Shown here one piece after another: positions 46,846 through 59,161 of a DNA stretch of 64,000 bases (position 1 is its first letter; every line of letters begins with the position of its first letter). The notes below the pieces were generated by a model. That model made no database searches and was not told where the DNA came from. It saw only the letters and a list, made by a program, of their open reading frames with translations. The translations under genes and the position numbers were made by a program. The DNA is from an uncultured Candidatus Rokubacteria bacterium (GTDB lineage Bacteria; Methylomirabilota; Methylomirabilia; Rokubacteriales; DASRDR01): assembly GCA_963805625.1 (NCBI GenBank), contig CAWDVE010000013.1:352001-416000 (forward strand), given 5' to 3'.

Positions 46846-48711
46846 ATGCGACACCTCATTGGCCGCCGCGATCTGTTGAAGCTCGGTGCCGTGACCACGG
46901 TCGGCAGCGTCCTGCCCCCGCCGAAACCGGCCGCGGCCCCGCAGACCCCCGAGGAGGCCCGCGTTGTTCAAGGGACCACCGGGCTCAGTTCCAACCGCAC
47001 GCTCGAGGCCTTGAAGGAGGCGATGCGCTGGCCGACCCCCGCACTCCCGGTGATCCTCACCCTGACCGGCCAGTATCTCGCCTCCGGGCGCGACGAGGAG
47101 GCCTACGGCTACTTCCGCGAGCGGGCCGCGGCGGCGCCGCACGAGGCGATTCTTCTAGCGCTGGAAGGGACGTTCCAGGCTCGCCTGGCCGGCCAGGTGT
47201 TCCTCCTCCGCCGGGCCGCGTGGGTCAAGGACGCGGTCGCCAAGCTCGATCGTGCGGCGGCAACGGGCCATCCCGTGACTCGATACCTGCGGGGCGTGAC
47301 CCTGGCCGAACTGCCCGCGCGATTCGGCCGAGCGGAGTCCGCCGTCGCGGAGCTCGAGTGGGTGCTCCAGCAGCGGGACACGCTGCCGCCGGGCCTCCGC
47401 CGGAGTGTCTACCGAGGGCTGGCGCGCGCCTTCACGACCCTCGAGCGTCGCGACGAGGCTCAGGCTGCCCTCGCGCAGTCCGGGTATCCCTCACTGGACC
47501 CCACGCTCCCCCAGTTCACGACAGACTTCTCCGTGTCGGCGCGGGACGGCTTTCGGTTCCGCCCGCCGCGACTGGTCGAGGTGGCGCCTCGGATCCACGT
47601 CGCACAGGGTTACGACTTCGCGGACCTCGCCTTCGTGCTGACCGATGCCGGCATCGTGGCCGTCGATGCCGGCACCACGGAAACCACTGCCCGCGCCGCG
47701 CTCAACGCCATGCGTCGCCACACGTCGCAGCCGATTACGCACGTGGTTCTCACGCATGCACACTGGGACCACATCGGCGGGCTCGCTGCCCTGAGAGCGC
47801 CGGGCGCCCGGGTGATCGCGCAGGCCCGGTTTGCCGAGGAGCTGCAGATCGTCAACGAGACGGGGGTGCCGTTCCGCTACTTCTTCGGGGGCGAAGGCCG
47901 CCGACGGTACGACGTCGTGCCCGATCACCTCGTCCATGCGCGCGAACGCCTGACGGTGGGCGGCACCGAGTTCGTCTTCCACCCGGTCCACGGAGGCGAG
48001 ACTGCCGACGCGCTCCTAGTCCACCTCCCTGCGGCTGGTGTGCTGTTCGTCGGGGACGCGTTCATGCCCTACCTTGGCGCCCCGTTCCTCCCGGAAGGCT
48101 CGGCCGAGGGTCTCTTCGAGACCATCGCGCTCATCCGGTCCCTCACCCCGCGGACGCTCGTCCACGGGCATCCGCCGCTGACCGAGCTCTTCACGGTCGA
48201 AGCCCTCGCGGGCGTCGAGACCGCATTGCGCGAGGTCTATGACCGGACCTTGGACGGCATCGCGGCTGGCCGAACGCTCGCCGCGATGCTGCAGGAAAAC
48301 TGGCTGCCGGTGTCGCTCCGCGCCCACCCGAACGCCGTGCTGCCCTTCCTCGTGATCCGCGACAACTTCGTCCAGCGTGTCACCCATCAACGGACCGGCT
48401 ACTGGAAGGCGGACGGGGACGGGATCGAGGTCGTGGAACCGCGGGAGTGGGCCCGCATGCTGAACCTGCTGGCGGGTGGCCAGGAAGGGGCATTCGTGCG
48501 AAGCGCTCGAACCCTGCTCGAGCAGGGCGACGAGACCCTGGCGCTCAAGCTCACGGACCTCGCACTCCTCACCTACCCGGCGAGCCGCGTTCTGTCCGAG
48601 CTGCGCCGCCACGCACTCGACCGCCTCCGCACGCGGTACCAGGCGCTCAATCCCTTCAAGTTCATCGTCTATTCGGAATGGGCCGGTGCGGATCTACCAC
48701 TGGTTCCGTAG
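46846..48711 (+). CDS. Tat-exported TPR + metallo-beta-lactamase-fold (alkyl-sulfatase-like) hydrolase
   Basis: GRRDLLK Tat motif, THAHWDHIGG, GGET, VGD, HGH. Confidence 0.85.
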   Translation: MRHLIGRRDLLKLGAVTTVGSVLPPPKPAAAPQTPEEARVVQGTTGLSSNRTLEALKEAMRWPTPALPVILTLTGQYLASGRDEEAYGYFRERAAAAPHEAILLALEGTFQARLAGQVFLLRRAAWVKDAVAKLDRAAATGHPVTRYLRGVTLAELPARFGRAESAVAELEWVLQQRDTLPPGLRRSVYRGLARAFTTLERRDEAQAALAQSGYPSLDPTLPQFTTDFSVSARDGFRFRPPRLVEVAPRIHVAQGYDFADLAFVLTDAGIVAVDAGTTETTARAALNAMRRHTSQPITHVVLTHAHWDHIGGLAALRAPGARVIAQARFAEELQIVNETGVPFRYFFGGEGRRRYDVVPDHLVHARERLTVGGTEFVFHPVHGGETADALLVHLPAAGVLFVGDAFMPYLGAPFLPEGSAEGLFETIALIRSLTPRTLVHGHPPLTELFTVEALAGVETALREVYDRTLDGIAAGRTLAAMLQENWLPVSLRAHPNAVLPFLVIRDNFVQRVTHQRTGYWKADGDGIEVVEPREWARMLNLLAGGQEGAFVRSARTLLEQGDETLALKLTDLALLTYPASRVLSELRRHALDRLRTRYQALNPFKFIVYSEWAGADLPLVP

Positions 48712-48829
48712 GGAAGGCTTGGATGGTGACGCAAGCCACCCACTGGGCCAGATGGACCCAATCCCCGCGGAGTGGTGGACTCGCCGAGTTCGGGGGGGGC
48801 AGTGACGGCCACGACGGCGCCTCCGCCGA

Positions 48830-48966
48830 GTCGGAACCAGCGAGCGCTCCATGCGGTGCAGGACCAACCGGTGCAGAGCGAGCAAGCCGTGGCCGCGAAC
48901 CTGATCGCCCTGTACAAGGCGCTGGGCGGGGGCTGGGAGCCTGTGCCGCAGCCCCAGGGGTACTAG
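48830..48966 (+). pseudogene. C-terminal fragment of a NodT/OprM-type efflux outer-membrane factor
   Basis: QRAL...NLIALYKALGGGWE signature; no N-terminal part. Confidence 0.7.
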
Positions 48967-49398
48967 GGCATCCCCGAGCTCCGCGTGCAAGCGGCCAGAT
49001 CCCTCGTGACCAGGCGAACAAGTCCACGACGAGGCCTCTGTCGAGCGTCGCTGACCCGGGGCGAGGTGGGCGGCGTTTTCTTCGCTGGGCCTGTCGATCT
49101 CGAGCCGACCCGTTCGACTATCCAGCGAGGTGAGAGTGCTCACGTTCCGGATGCGGCGCCAGCGCCGCGCCGCGACACGAATCCCAGGTGGCCGGTGGAG
49201 CCGCCACACAGGTAAGGAGGGACCCGACATGAAACAGCCTTGGCTCAGATTGGCCATTAGCGCCCGACCAAAGTAGTGCATGCAGGTTACGGGCACTTCA
49301 GCAGCGGAGGATCCACGCCACCGGCGAGCGATATACGACGGGCCGAGCATGGGATCACGAGCGACACGTAGAAGAGTGAACACGGCGCGGAGGAGGCG

Positions 49399-49692
49399 AT
49401 GATCACGGGGCTGCGCGGAGCATCGATCTGGAGCGAAGACATGAAGCATCCGCTGCCGTTCTACCGGGACGTCCTGGGGTTCGTCGTGACGGTCGAGATC
49501 CCGGGCTTCGTCGAACGCGGCGGACTCTGGCTGGGCACGCTCAGTGAGGTCCGCGGCCACAATGCCGATCCGGTGCGGCACATGGTGGGCCTCGCGACCA
49601 CGACGGACTGTACCCGTTTGAAGACCGCCGACGTCGAGTTCATCGAGGACTCCACGGACTACGGTGCCCTGCGGCTCGCGACTGGTCAGTAG
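49399..49692 (+). pseudogene. Degenerate VOC/glyoxalase-family gene
   Basis: GGAGG RBS; FYRDVLG, LK..DVEFIE; truncated before the DPDGN motif. Confidence 0.6.
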
Positions 49693-49840
49693 TAACACGA
49701 CATGGCTACGTCGCGAGTCCATTTTGGTGTTCTATGCTGGGCGCGGCGTGCCATGTGGATCGGCGACCTGATCGGTGAGAAACGGGATCCCAGCGGAAGC
49801 ATGCGAAGGGCGGACTCCTACGGGCGCGTGGAGACACACA

Positions 49841-50533
49841 ATGAAAACACATAGAAGGCTCCCTCGGGTTGCGTCACAAGCCGAATGGCAAGTCGCTCGC
49901 GACAAGCTGCTCCGCAAGGAGAAGGCGCATACGCGCGCACGAGACGCGCTCGCTGCCGAGCGCCGTAGGCTCCCCATGGTCAAGATCGACAAGAACTACG
50001 TCTTCGAGGGTCCAGACGGCAAGGCGCGGATGGTGGATCTGTTCGATGGCCGCCGACAACTCATCCTCTACCATTTCATGTTTGCCCCCGGCGTGGACGG
50101 CTGGCCGGAGGCGGGTTGTCCAGGTTGTTCGTTTTTTGTGGACCAAATCGGCCATCTCGCCCACCTGCACGCCCGCAACACATCATTGGTGCTCGTGTCC
50201 CGCGCTCCACTCGCCAACATCAAGCGGTACAAGCGGCGGATGAGATGGACCGTGCCGTGGTTCTCCTCGTCAGCCAGCGACTTCAATGACGACTTCGGTC
50301 TCACGACGGATCGCGGCGAAACGTTTGGCCTGAGCGTGTTTCTTCGGGACGGTCAGACGGCCTATCGCACCTATTTCACGAACGGGCGCGGTGTCGAGGC
50401 GCTTGGCAGCCCCTGGACCTTTCTCGACCTGACGCCATTCGGCCGGCAGGAGACCTGGGAGGATTCACCCAAAGGGTGGCCGCGGACGCCACCGTATCAA
50501 TGGTGGCGGCGACACGATGAGTACGGCGCGTAA
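49841..50533 (+). CDS. DUF899 thioredoxin-like protein
   Basis: RRRLPMV, LFDGRRQL..YHFMF, GCPGCS, VSRAPL, LDLTPFGRQETWEDSP.GWP. Confidence 0.92.
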   Translation: MKTHRRLPRVASQAEWQVARDKLLRKEKAHTRARDALAAERRRLPMVKIDKNYVFEGPDGKARMVDLFDGRRQLILYHFMFAPGVDGWPEAGCPGCSFFVDQIGHLAHLHARNTSLVLVSRAPLANIKRYKRRMRWTVPWFSSSASDFNDDFGLTTDRGETFGLSVFLRDGQTAYRTYFTNGRGVEALGSPWTFLDLTPFGRQETWEDSPKGWPRTPPYQWWRRHDEYGA

Positions 50534-50559
50534 TCCAGCGAGGTGCTCTGTGGCTTCCC

Positions 50560-51330
50560 ATGCTTGATGCGCCTGTCAAGTCGACGCTGACACGAGAACG
50601 CTGGTTTGTGGGCAGCGCGTTGCTGTTCGTTGTCACGCTCTGTTGGTCGTGGGTCGTCACGATGGCCGTGGACATGTATGGACGCATGACCGGTGCAGCC
50701 GCTTGGATGATGACCGCACATTGGGACTGGCTGCACGTCGGGCTCTTGTACTCGATGTGGTCCGCAATGATGGTGGCCATGATGTTGCCGTCCACGGCGC
50801 CCGCGCTTCTGCAGTATGCGAGAAGCGTCCCCGTCGAATCAGAAGGCACGCGCCCGGCGTCTAGCATCAGCGCGTTCGCTGCCGGTTATGTCTTCGTCTG
50901 GATGTTGTTCAGCGCCGCAGCGACGATTGTGCAGCGCGTGATGACCGAGGCCCAATTGTTGACGCCCATGATGGAACCAGCGATGCCGGCGCTCGCTGGC
51001 GGTCTGTTACTGGGTGCCGGCCTGTATCAATTCCTGCCAGTCAAGCACATGTGCTTGTCGTTTTGCCGCTCGCCTGCAGCCTGTGTCGATCGCCGGCGCA
51101 CGGGCGTGGTTGAAGCGTTCCGCATCGGCGCGCGGCATGGGCTCTCGTGTCTTGGGTGCTGCTGGGTCTTGATGCTGCTGCTCTTTGCAGGCGGCGTGAT
51201 GAATCTTGCGGTCATTGTGGCGCTGACCCTGATCGTGTTCTTCGAGACGGTGGCGCCGTGTGGCATGCGGAGCACTCCGGTGAGCGGCGGCTTGCTGATC
51301 GGGCTGGGACTTTGGATCATCGCCCGTTGA
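50560..51330 (+). CDS. DUF2182 predicted metal-binding membrane protein
   Basis: MW..MMVAMMLPS, YQF.P.K..CL..CRSP, CLGCCW.LM..LF..GVMN. Confidence 0.92.
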   Translation: MLDAPVKSTLTRERWFVGSALLFVVTLCWSWVVTMAVDMYGRMTGAAAWMMTAHWDWLHVGLLYSMWSAMMVAMMLPSTAPALLQYARSVPVESEGTRPASSISAFAAGYVFVWMLFSAAATIVQRVMTEAQLLTPMMEPAMPALAGGLLLGAGLYQFLPVKHMCLSFCRSPAACVDRRRTGVVEAFRIGARHGLSCLGCCWVLMLLLFAGGVMNLAVIVALTLIVFFETVAPCGMRSTPVSGGLLIGLGLWIIAR

Positions 51331-51744
51331 CAGGCCCCGCAGGTCGGGTGGCGGGCTCCACAAGTGACAGGAACCGCCGACATCATACGCCGAACATGAC
51401 GCGCCTCCTGTTCGAGAAGCGGACGCTCCAAGGGAGCAACCTGCGAAAGCCGCACTCGGGGTGATTCGGCGCCATTCCAGGGTCTTCTGGGATATCGGGG
51501 GCTACGCCGAATCCTCTAATCTTGCGGTGGTGGCTTCAACGAGATTCGAGCGCCTTTGTATGCTCGATTTTCGCGGGGTTCTACTGTGATATGGGACAAC
51601 CTGAAGCTCGCTCGGGCGCCGGACAAACGGCCAGTTCCGGCGGCCACAATCGCGCCTGGCTGGCTCACCTAGGCCCACATAGCCCCAGCGACGGTCAGCG
51701 CAATTCCAGGCCGCCGAAATGCCCACTTGTCCGACCGCGCACAC

Positions 51745-51903
51745 CGCCGCGTGTCGCGATCGAGCTTTCTCGTCTGTCCCCGCTACGCCGGCCCGCGCCG
51801 GATTCTGGGCGCGGTGACCGAACCCCACGCCGTGCGCCGCGTACTCGTCGCGCTTGGACTAGTCGCGAACCCGTCGTCGGGCCGACCCATCCCCGCGACC
51901 TGA
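51745..51903 (+). pseudogene. IS91/ISCR-family transposase C-terminal relic
   Basis: LVCPRYAGPRRILGAVTEPHAVRRVLVALGL matches the CPxCGG.MRI.A.I.DP..I..IL tail of Y2 transposases. Confidence 0.6.
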
Positions 51904-51963
51904 CCCCCGCGCTCGATCACGCCTCGGCACCGCGGTCCCCGTCTGCCTGCTGACCCGGAGGAG

Positions 51964-52116
51964 CGGGCTCCGGGCCTCACCGCTCCGACCTCCCGCCGCA
52001 CTTGCTAGACCCGCCAGCGACGCGCTATCGTTCCGGCGTGCCGCTGGAGGCGCGGCCGACGTGGCCGACGCCGCAACCGGGGGGGACGGGGCGCGGAGGG
52101 GGGACGCAGAAACGTG
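51964..52116 (+). mobile_element. IS91/ISCR-like ori-end region, copy 1 (truncated)
   Basis: Homologous to 63253-63406: CCGGGCCTCACC, CCGACCTCCCGCCGC, GCCAGCGACGCGCTATCGTTC, GGGACGCAGAAACGTG. Confidence 0.65.
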
Positions 52117-52214
52117 GCAAGGGCCATCAACGTTCCAGAACCCGAAACCGCCAGCCCGAGGGCCGCGCTGCCCGCACCGGCCGGTACCTGAAGCTGAAGA
52201 TCGCGTCCCGGGGC

Positions 52215-52838
52215 CTACATGAACAAGCGCTCGGGGCCCTGGCTGGACGCTCCCGCGGATCTCTGCTCGCGGTCCTCCCACACCTCCGCGCAGCGGTGGC
52301 CGGCCCTCCAGCGAAGATCCTGCAGATCGCGGTTGCGCTCCGGCATGCGCGCGATCTCGGTAGCGACCTGCGCCGACATCGAGCTGAACACGCCGACGTC
52401 CCAGGGCATCGGCGCGCCGGAAGGCCAGCGGAACGTGCCGTGACAGGCGCTGATGAGAAGCCCGCGCGCCCCCGTCTCGGACCGCGACCTGCGGCGCGCG
52501 AGCACGACGCCCGGACCCTTCTTCCCTTCTCGCACCAGGTCGGGCGGATCCTGCAGGTCGCCGTCCGTGAGCACGACCGCATCACCGCTGCTGAAGCGCA
52601 CCGCCGCCGTGCTTGCCGGGTGGTGACCGAAGTTGCGCGACAGGTGCACCACGCACACGTGCGGGTCGTGAGGCGCGACCTTGCCAAGGATCTGCGCGCT
52701 GCCGTCGCTGCGGCCGTCGTCGACGAACACCATCTCGATCGTGTGGCAGGCTCGCGGTCGCGGCGAGGAGCCGCAAGTAGAGCGCGCGCAGATTTTCTTC
52801 TTCGTGAAGACCATACCCGCGATGGATATAAGCGCCAT
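52215..52838 (-). pseudogene. Degraded GT2 (GtrB/ArnC-like) glycosyltransferase
   Basis: VFVDDGRSDGS, LSRNFGH, DGDLQDPP, MPERNR; drifted and truncated. Confidence 0.75.
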
Positions 52839-52865
52839 TCGGCTCGCCGCTCAGGTTAGTCGATC

Positions 52866-53933
52866 GTGCGCGTGCGCTCAATCACAGTGACGGAATCGCG
52901 GCCCAGGTATCGACTCGCCTTCGCAACGGTCGCGCTCGGCATGGGAATGCTCGCCACGCTCGTGATCGCCGAGATTGCGCTGCGCTCCAGTGGGCACGAG
53001 CCCTGGAAAGAGCTCGACGGGCACCCGGGTGTGCCGCGAATGCACGAGCCCGACCTCGACCTCGGCTGGCGCAGCAAAGAAGGGCGCTACGTGTTCGGAA
53101 CGACGCCCATCCACATGACGTTCTGGCCCGATCACACGCGCGCGACCGCTGCGGCCCCCGTACGCGCCGACGCCGCGGTCGTGGTGCTGGGCTGCTCGTT
53201 CGTGCAGGGCTGGGCGTTGTCCGACGAGGAGACGTTCGCGTGGAAGCTGCAGGAGCGTTTCGCGCGCGCCCGGGTGCTCAACTTCGGGACCGCCGGTTAC
53301 GGCACCACGCAGTCGCTGCTTGCGCTCGAGCGCTATCTTGAGGAACGCAAGCGCCCGCATGGCACCGCGGCGGCCAAGGGGCCGCTCATAGTCGTCTACG
53401 GGTTCAGCGATTTCCACACCAGCCGCAGTATCGCCGAAGCTTCGTGGCTCAAGGCGCTCGCACAGGCCTCGCGCGGGCAAGGCACGCCCTACGCAACCCT
53501 CGGCGGCGACGGCGAGCTGCAGCTTCACCCGCCCAAGACGTATCCGGCCTGGTGGCTCCATCGCCGACTCGCTACGGTGGCGATGCTCGAACAGCTCTGG
53601 GCGTCTTTCGATGCGATGAAGCGCACTTCGCAAGCGAACGCGGTTTCGAAGAAGCTGTTGCTCGAGCTCGACAAGGTCGTGCGGCAGAGCGGGGGAACGC
53701 TGCTCGTGGCATTACTCTCGCAATTCGGTCCCCGAAGCATGGCGCCGTTCCGCGCGCTACTCGCGGAGCACGGCATACCAACGGCGGACTGCGTGCATCA
53801 AGGAGTGTGGGCGAGGGAGATGCAGGTGCCGGTCTACGGTCATCCCAACGCCGAGATCAACGCCTACTGGGCCGGCTGCATCGCGCAGGCCATTAGCGGC
53901 ATGGTCCCCGAACTCGCCGGCGGCGGCACGTAG
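52866..53933 (+). CDS. Membrane-anchored SGNH-hydrolase-like protein
   Basis: N-terminal TM; DLGW, LGCSF..G, NFGTAGYGTTQ, GHPN. Confidence 0.82.
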   Translation: MRVRSITVTESRPRYRLAFATVALGMGMLATLVIAEIALRSSGHEPWKELDGHPGVPRMHEPDLDLGWRSKEGRYVFGTTPIHMTFWPDHTRATAAAPVRADAAVVVLGCSFVQGWALSDEETFAWKLQERFARARVLNFGTAGYGTTQSLLALERYLEERKRPHGTAAAKGPLIVVYGFSDFHTSRSIAEASWLKALAQASRGQGTPYATLGGDGELQLHPPKTYPAWWLHRRLATVAMLEQLWASFDAMKRTSQANAVSKKLLLELDKVVRQSGGTLLVALLSQFGPRSMAPFRALLAEHGIPTADCVHQGVWAREMQVPVYGHPNAEINAYWAGCIAQAISGMVPELAGGGT

Positions 53934-54440
53934 CGGTTTCGGGATACGCGGGCGTCGTACCTCCGCGCGACGACGGACAGCTCTGGGGCCGTCCCGCCAA
54001 CGGCATCGAGTCCCGCTACCTCCTCACCGGGCTCGCCCAGTGCGGGCGATGTGGCGGGAGCCTCATCGTTCACGGCCGAGCTTCAGCGCGCCGCCGAGCC
54101 AACGCCTATTTGTGTAGCTACCATCACCTGCGCGGGAACACGGTCTGCCCGGGCGGCCTCGTGCTGCCGATGGAACCGACGAACCAGACCATCCTCGCGA
54201 CGATCGAACGAGAGGTGCTGCACCCGGACGTGGTCCAGCGGGCAATGCGCCAGGCGCTTGGGCACCTGAATGCCCCGGCCGATACCGCGGTGCCGCGCCA
54301 GACCGCCTCCAGGCCGAGGTGGCGGTGATCGACCAAGAACTGACTCGGCTCGCCGCGGGCGTGGCCCAGGGCAGCGACCTGAAGGTGCTGCTGGAGGGCA
54401 TCCGAACCCGGGAGCAGCGCCGACGCACTCTCCAGGAGGA
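53934..54440 (+). pseudogene. Large serine recombinase C-terminal fragment (Zn ribbon + coiled coil)
   Basis: SRYLLTGLAQCGRCGGSL..YLCSYHHLRGNTVC; frameshifted, catalytic domain missing. Confidence 0.75.
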
Positions 54441-54760
54441 GTCGACGCTGCCACCGCAGGACGGTGTCGGGGGTCACGATCACGAGGGGCTGCCCCCACC
54501 CGGCCCAGACCCTCGCGAGCCAGACCCAGAAGAGACGATCAGTCGTGTGAAGCTTGGGCCCGGTCACCGTTCGCTTGTACACGGCGAGCTGCTGGCGCAG
54601 GGCGAGGTTCTCGAGGGCGAGCTGCCGGTGGCCGCCGCAGAGGAACGGGAGGAGTCGAAGCACGTGGAGCAAGAGGGTGATCATCGAACTGAGATTCTCT
54701 CCGGATCAGACCTGACAGATCAACGACTTGGCCCCGGACGGGGTTTTGGCGAAGGACAGG
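54441..54760 (-). mobile_element. N-terminal fragment and left end of an rve/integrase-core IS
   Basis: LALENLALRQQLAV, DRLFWVWL..W..W...LVIVTPDTVLRWQR; end sequence GGTTTTGGCGAAGGACA. Confidence 0.78.
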
Positions 54761-55037
54761 CGGTGAATACGACGCCGGCATCTGCTGAACGTGCGAGCTT
54801 TCGACCCGCCCGGTGAGCACAACTCGCGCATTTGACAGGGACCGACGCTGTCGACTAGCCTCGACCCAGTGGGTCGACCACTCAGGGCGGCTTGGAATGG
54901 AGCAGCACGAATGTGTTCACCGGCTCGACGTTCGAGCCAGAAGCGTCGGATGGCAAATCTCCACGCATGCGCAACCAAGCCCGCACGTGCCCACGACCAT
55001 CAGGAGCTGACCTGAGAAGCCCGAGAAGGAGATCCCC

Positions 55038-55193
55038 ATGTTCTTATCGTCGTTTTTGATCCTATTCATTGTCCTTTTCGTCGCATGGGTCCTTGGGTGG
55101 TTTGTGTTCCACGTCGCGGGAAGCCTGATTCACATTCTGGTGGTCGTCGCGGTCATCTCCTTGATCGTTCATTTCGCACGGGGCCGCCCGTAG
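55038..55193 (+). CDS. Small membrane protein, lmo0937/DUF5670-like (51 aa)
   Basis: AAGGAG RBS; MFLSSFLILFIVLFVAWVLGWFVFHVAGSLIHILVVVAVISLIVHFARGRP. Below the ORF-track cutoff. Confidence 0.82.
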   Translation: MFLSSFLILFIVLFVAWVLGWFVFHVAGSLIHILVVVAVISLIVHFARGRP

Positions 55194-55341
55194 GGCAATC
55201 GGATGTCCGTCCTCGGCAGGCGCCGGGAGGCGGCTCGCTGCGCCCCCTCGTCATCGCTCCCCTGACCCCCGTCTCCGACCGCGCTGGACCCTGGGGCCGG
55301 AGAAGGCTTCGCTCATGGAAAGAGGCCATGGGACGGGCGCA

Positions 55342-55932
55342 GTGATCGCGCGGCGAGCGTTCGTGAGGCTCGGGCGGGCCGCTCTCGCCTGGCCCGCCAT
55401 CCTGACCGCCGGCCGCGTGATAGCCGATACCCTCGCTGAGACTCTGGTCGAGTTGGAGCAGAAGACGCGAGAGTACCAGGACACCCTCGCACGACTTCTG
55501 GGCCGGGAGGAACAGGCGGTCATCCGAGCCACAGCCACCGCTGAGCGGTACCGGACCCTTCATGTCGAGGGACTGGTCTCTCGCCGCGACGTGGAGGGCG
55601 CCGAGCAAGCAGTGGCCGAGGCGCGAGACCGCGTCCACGAGACGCGGAGCCAGTTGGCGGACTCCCAGCGGATCGTGGTGGAAGCACAGGCGCTCCAGCG
55701 CCTGGCGGCGCTCCCCCCGGTGTCCCTGGGCGAGGAGCGATCGACGTCGGACGTGCTCGAGTACCGTGGCGCCAGTCCCTGGACGCTGGCTCAGATTGCG
55801 AGCCTCGAGCAATTCTTCGCCGTGCGGTTCGGACGGTCTCTTCCCGTGAGCGCCCTGGGGCAGACGCCGTTGGTCGACCATCTCCGCGCGCGCGGTATCC
55901 CTTTCCTGGCCTTCAGTGGTGCCAGATGGTAG
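55342..55932 (+). CDS. Exported coiled-coil hypothetical protein, possibly internally deleted
   Basis: RRAF Tat-like motif, EGLVSRRDVE coiled coil, FGRSLPVSALGQT, GIPFLAF; abrupt C-terminus. Confidence 0.55.
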   Translation: MIARRAFVRLGRAALAWPAILTAGRVIADTLAETLVELEQKTREYQDTLARLLGREEQAVIRATATAERYRTLHVEGLVSRRDVEGAEQAVAEARDRVHETRSQLADSQRIVVEAQALQRLAALPPVSLGEERSTSDVLEYRGASPWTLAQIASLEQFFAVRFGRSLPVSALGQTPLVDHLRARGIPFLAFSGARW

Positions 55933-55987
55933 GGGTCAAGATTCTCGGCGAGGCCGCGTCCTAGAGATGTGACAGGGGTAGCGAGGA

Positions 55988-56221
55988 ATGATTGTCTACG
56001 TCCAGGTGGCGTCGGCGGAACTCGATGGGCAGCGGTGGTACACGGTCGCCGCGGGGCCCAATCTGGGGCTGGCCGACTGGCTGGCCCGCGCGCTGGAGGT
56101 CGAAGGGCAGTCAACGGCCCGGGCCATCCCACACGACGAGCTTCTGGAGACGGGCGGCGAGCTGGCCGTCGGGATGGCCCATAACGACCTGATCAGCCTA
56201 GATCCGGAGTTGCTGAAGTAG
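55988..56221 (+). CDS. Hypothetical protein (77 aa)
   Basis: GAGGA RBS; protein-like composition. Confidence 0.5.
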   Translation: MIVYVQVASAELDGQRWYTVAAGPNLGLADWLARALEVEGQSTARAIPHDELLETGGELAVGMAHNDLISLDPELLK

Positions 56222-56309
56222 TCACAAAGACGCCCCCGCGCGGTGCGCCTCAACACCGCCGGGGGCGGCGTGACAGCTGCTCCGACTCTGCCGTTCCTCT
56301 GCGGCGAAC

Positions 56310-56400
56310 GAGGTGGAGCAGGTCATGGACGACGAGTGTCTCCGGATCAGGCCCGACGCATCACCCGTTTATCCGCCGGCCGGAGTGTTGGCGAAGGACA
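56310..56400 (-). mobile_element. Second, degenerate left end of the same rve-type IS
   Basis: TCTCCGGATCAG.CC.GAC and TTGGCGAAGGACA shared with 54698-54758. Confidence 0.55.
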
Positions 56401-56487
56401 ACCTCAGGCGCTGGGAGTCACGCGCCGTGCCCTCAGAATGCCCGTGGAGAGGTGAGCGGTCGGCGCCCTCCGCTGTCTTTCAGGTAC

Positions 56488-56770
56488 TTATAATAAGGAG
56501 CTCCGAGTCGGTGGAGAGGATAGCCAGGTCTTCTCGTCCAGGCTGCTGTTCAACGTCTCCATCGTCTTCCAGAACTGGTAGAAGTCTGTGTCCTTGTTGC
56601 ATGCGCGGGCACAAATGGCGGTGGCTTTGGCGTCGGCCGCGCCCTTCGCCTCCTGCGCGGCCTTGTAGCCGACCGACGAGGTGGCCAGCATGTCGCGCTC
56701 TTTCTGCCCGCGGATCTCGGCGGCGCGACCCTGACCCTCGGATCCACTGTGCTCAGCGATCCGCTTCCGC
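56488..56770 (-). pseudogene. hflC: HflC C-terminal fragment
   Basis: RKRIAE..SEGQG.AAEI.G.KER..Y..AQE.KG.ADAKA..I.A.A..D.DFY.F.KTME. Confidence 0.75.
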
Positions 56771-56815
56771 GGGCCTTCGACGCCGATCAACACACCGCGA
56801 TCGGAATCGACGGCA

Positions 56816-56852
56816 GACGGCCCCCGGAGGCGAGATGTCCCCGGAGGCCGTC
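56816..56852 (-). terminator. GC-rich hairpin downstream of groEL
   Basis: GACGGCCTCCGG...CCGGGGGCCGTC stem about 30 bp after the stop; weak U-tract. Confidence 0.45.
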
Positions 56853-56880
56853 GGAATCGCCGGATGCTCTGGCCGGCGGG

Positions 56881-58942
<2,062 letters not shown>

Positions 58943-59003
58943 GGTTCGGGACCTCCCTCTTCGCGATGGGTATGAGCGCGGCGAGTGGTGCGTCGATCCC
59001 TCC

Positions 59004-59161
59004 TAGTGTATCACTATCCTAGTACAGTAATACAATCGCGATCACGTCCACTGGTTCCGCTGGCTGGGCGTCGAGGGTCAGCCGGTCACAGGAGGGGAGC
59101 GGCGGCATTGGGGGGACGCTTGACTCACCGTCCTTTAGTGTACTAATGTATTAATACAGTA
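59004..59161. promoter_or_regulatory. Two AT-rich TAGTGTA-N12-TACAGTA operator-like boxes (59004-59029, 59136-59161)
   Basis: Both visible directly in an otherwise GC-rich intergenic region upstream of groES. Confidence 0.6.
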
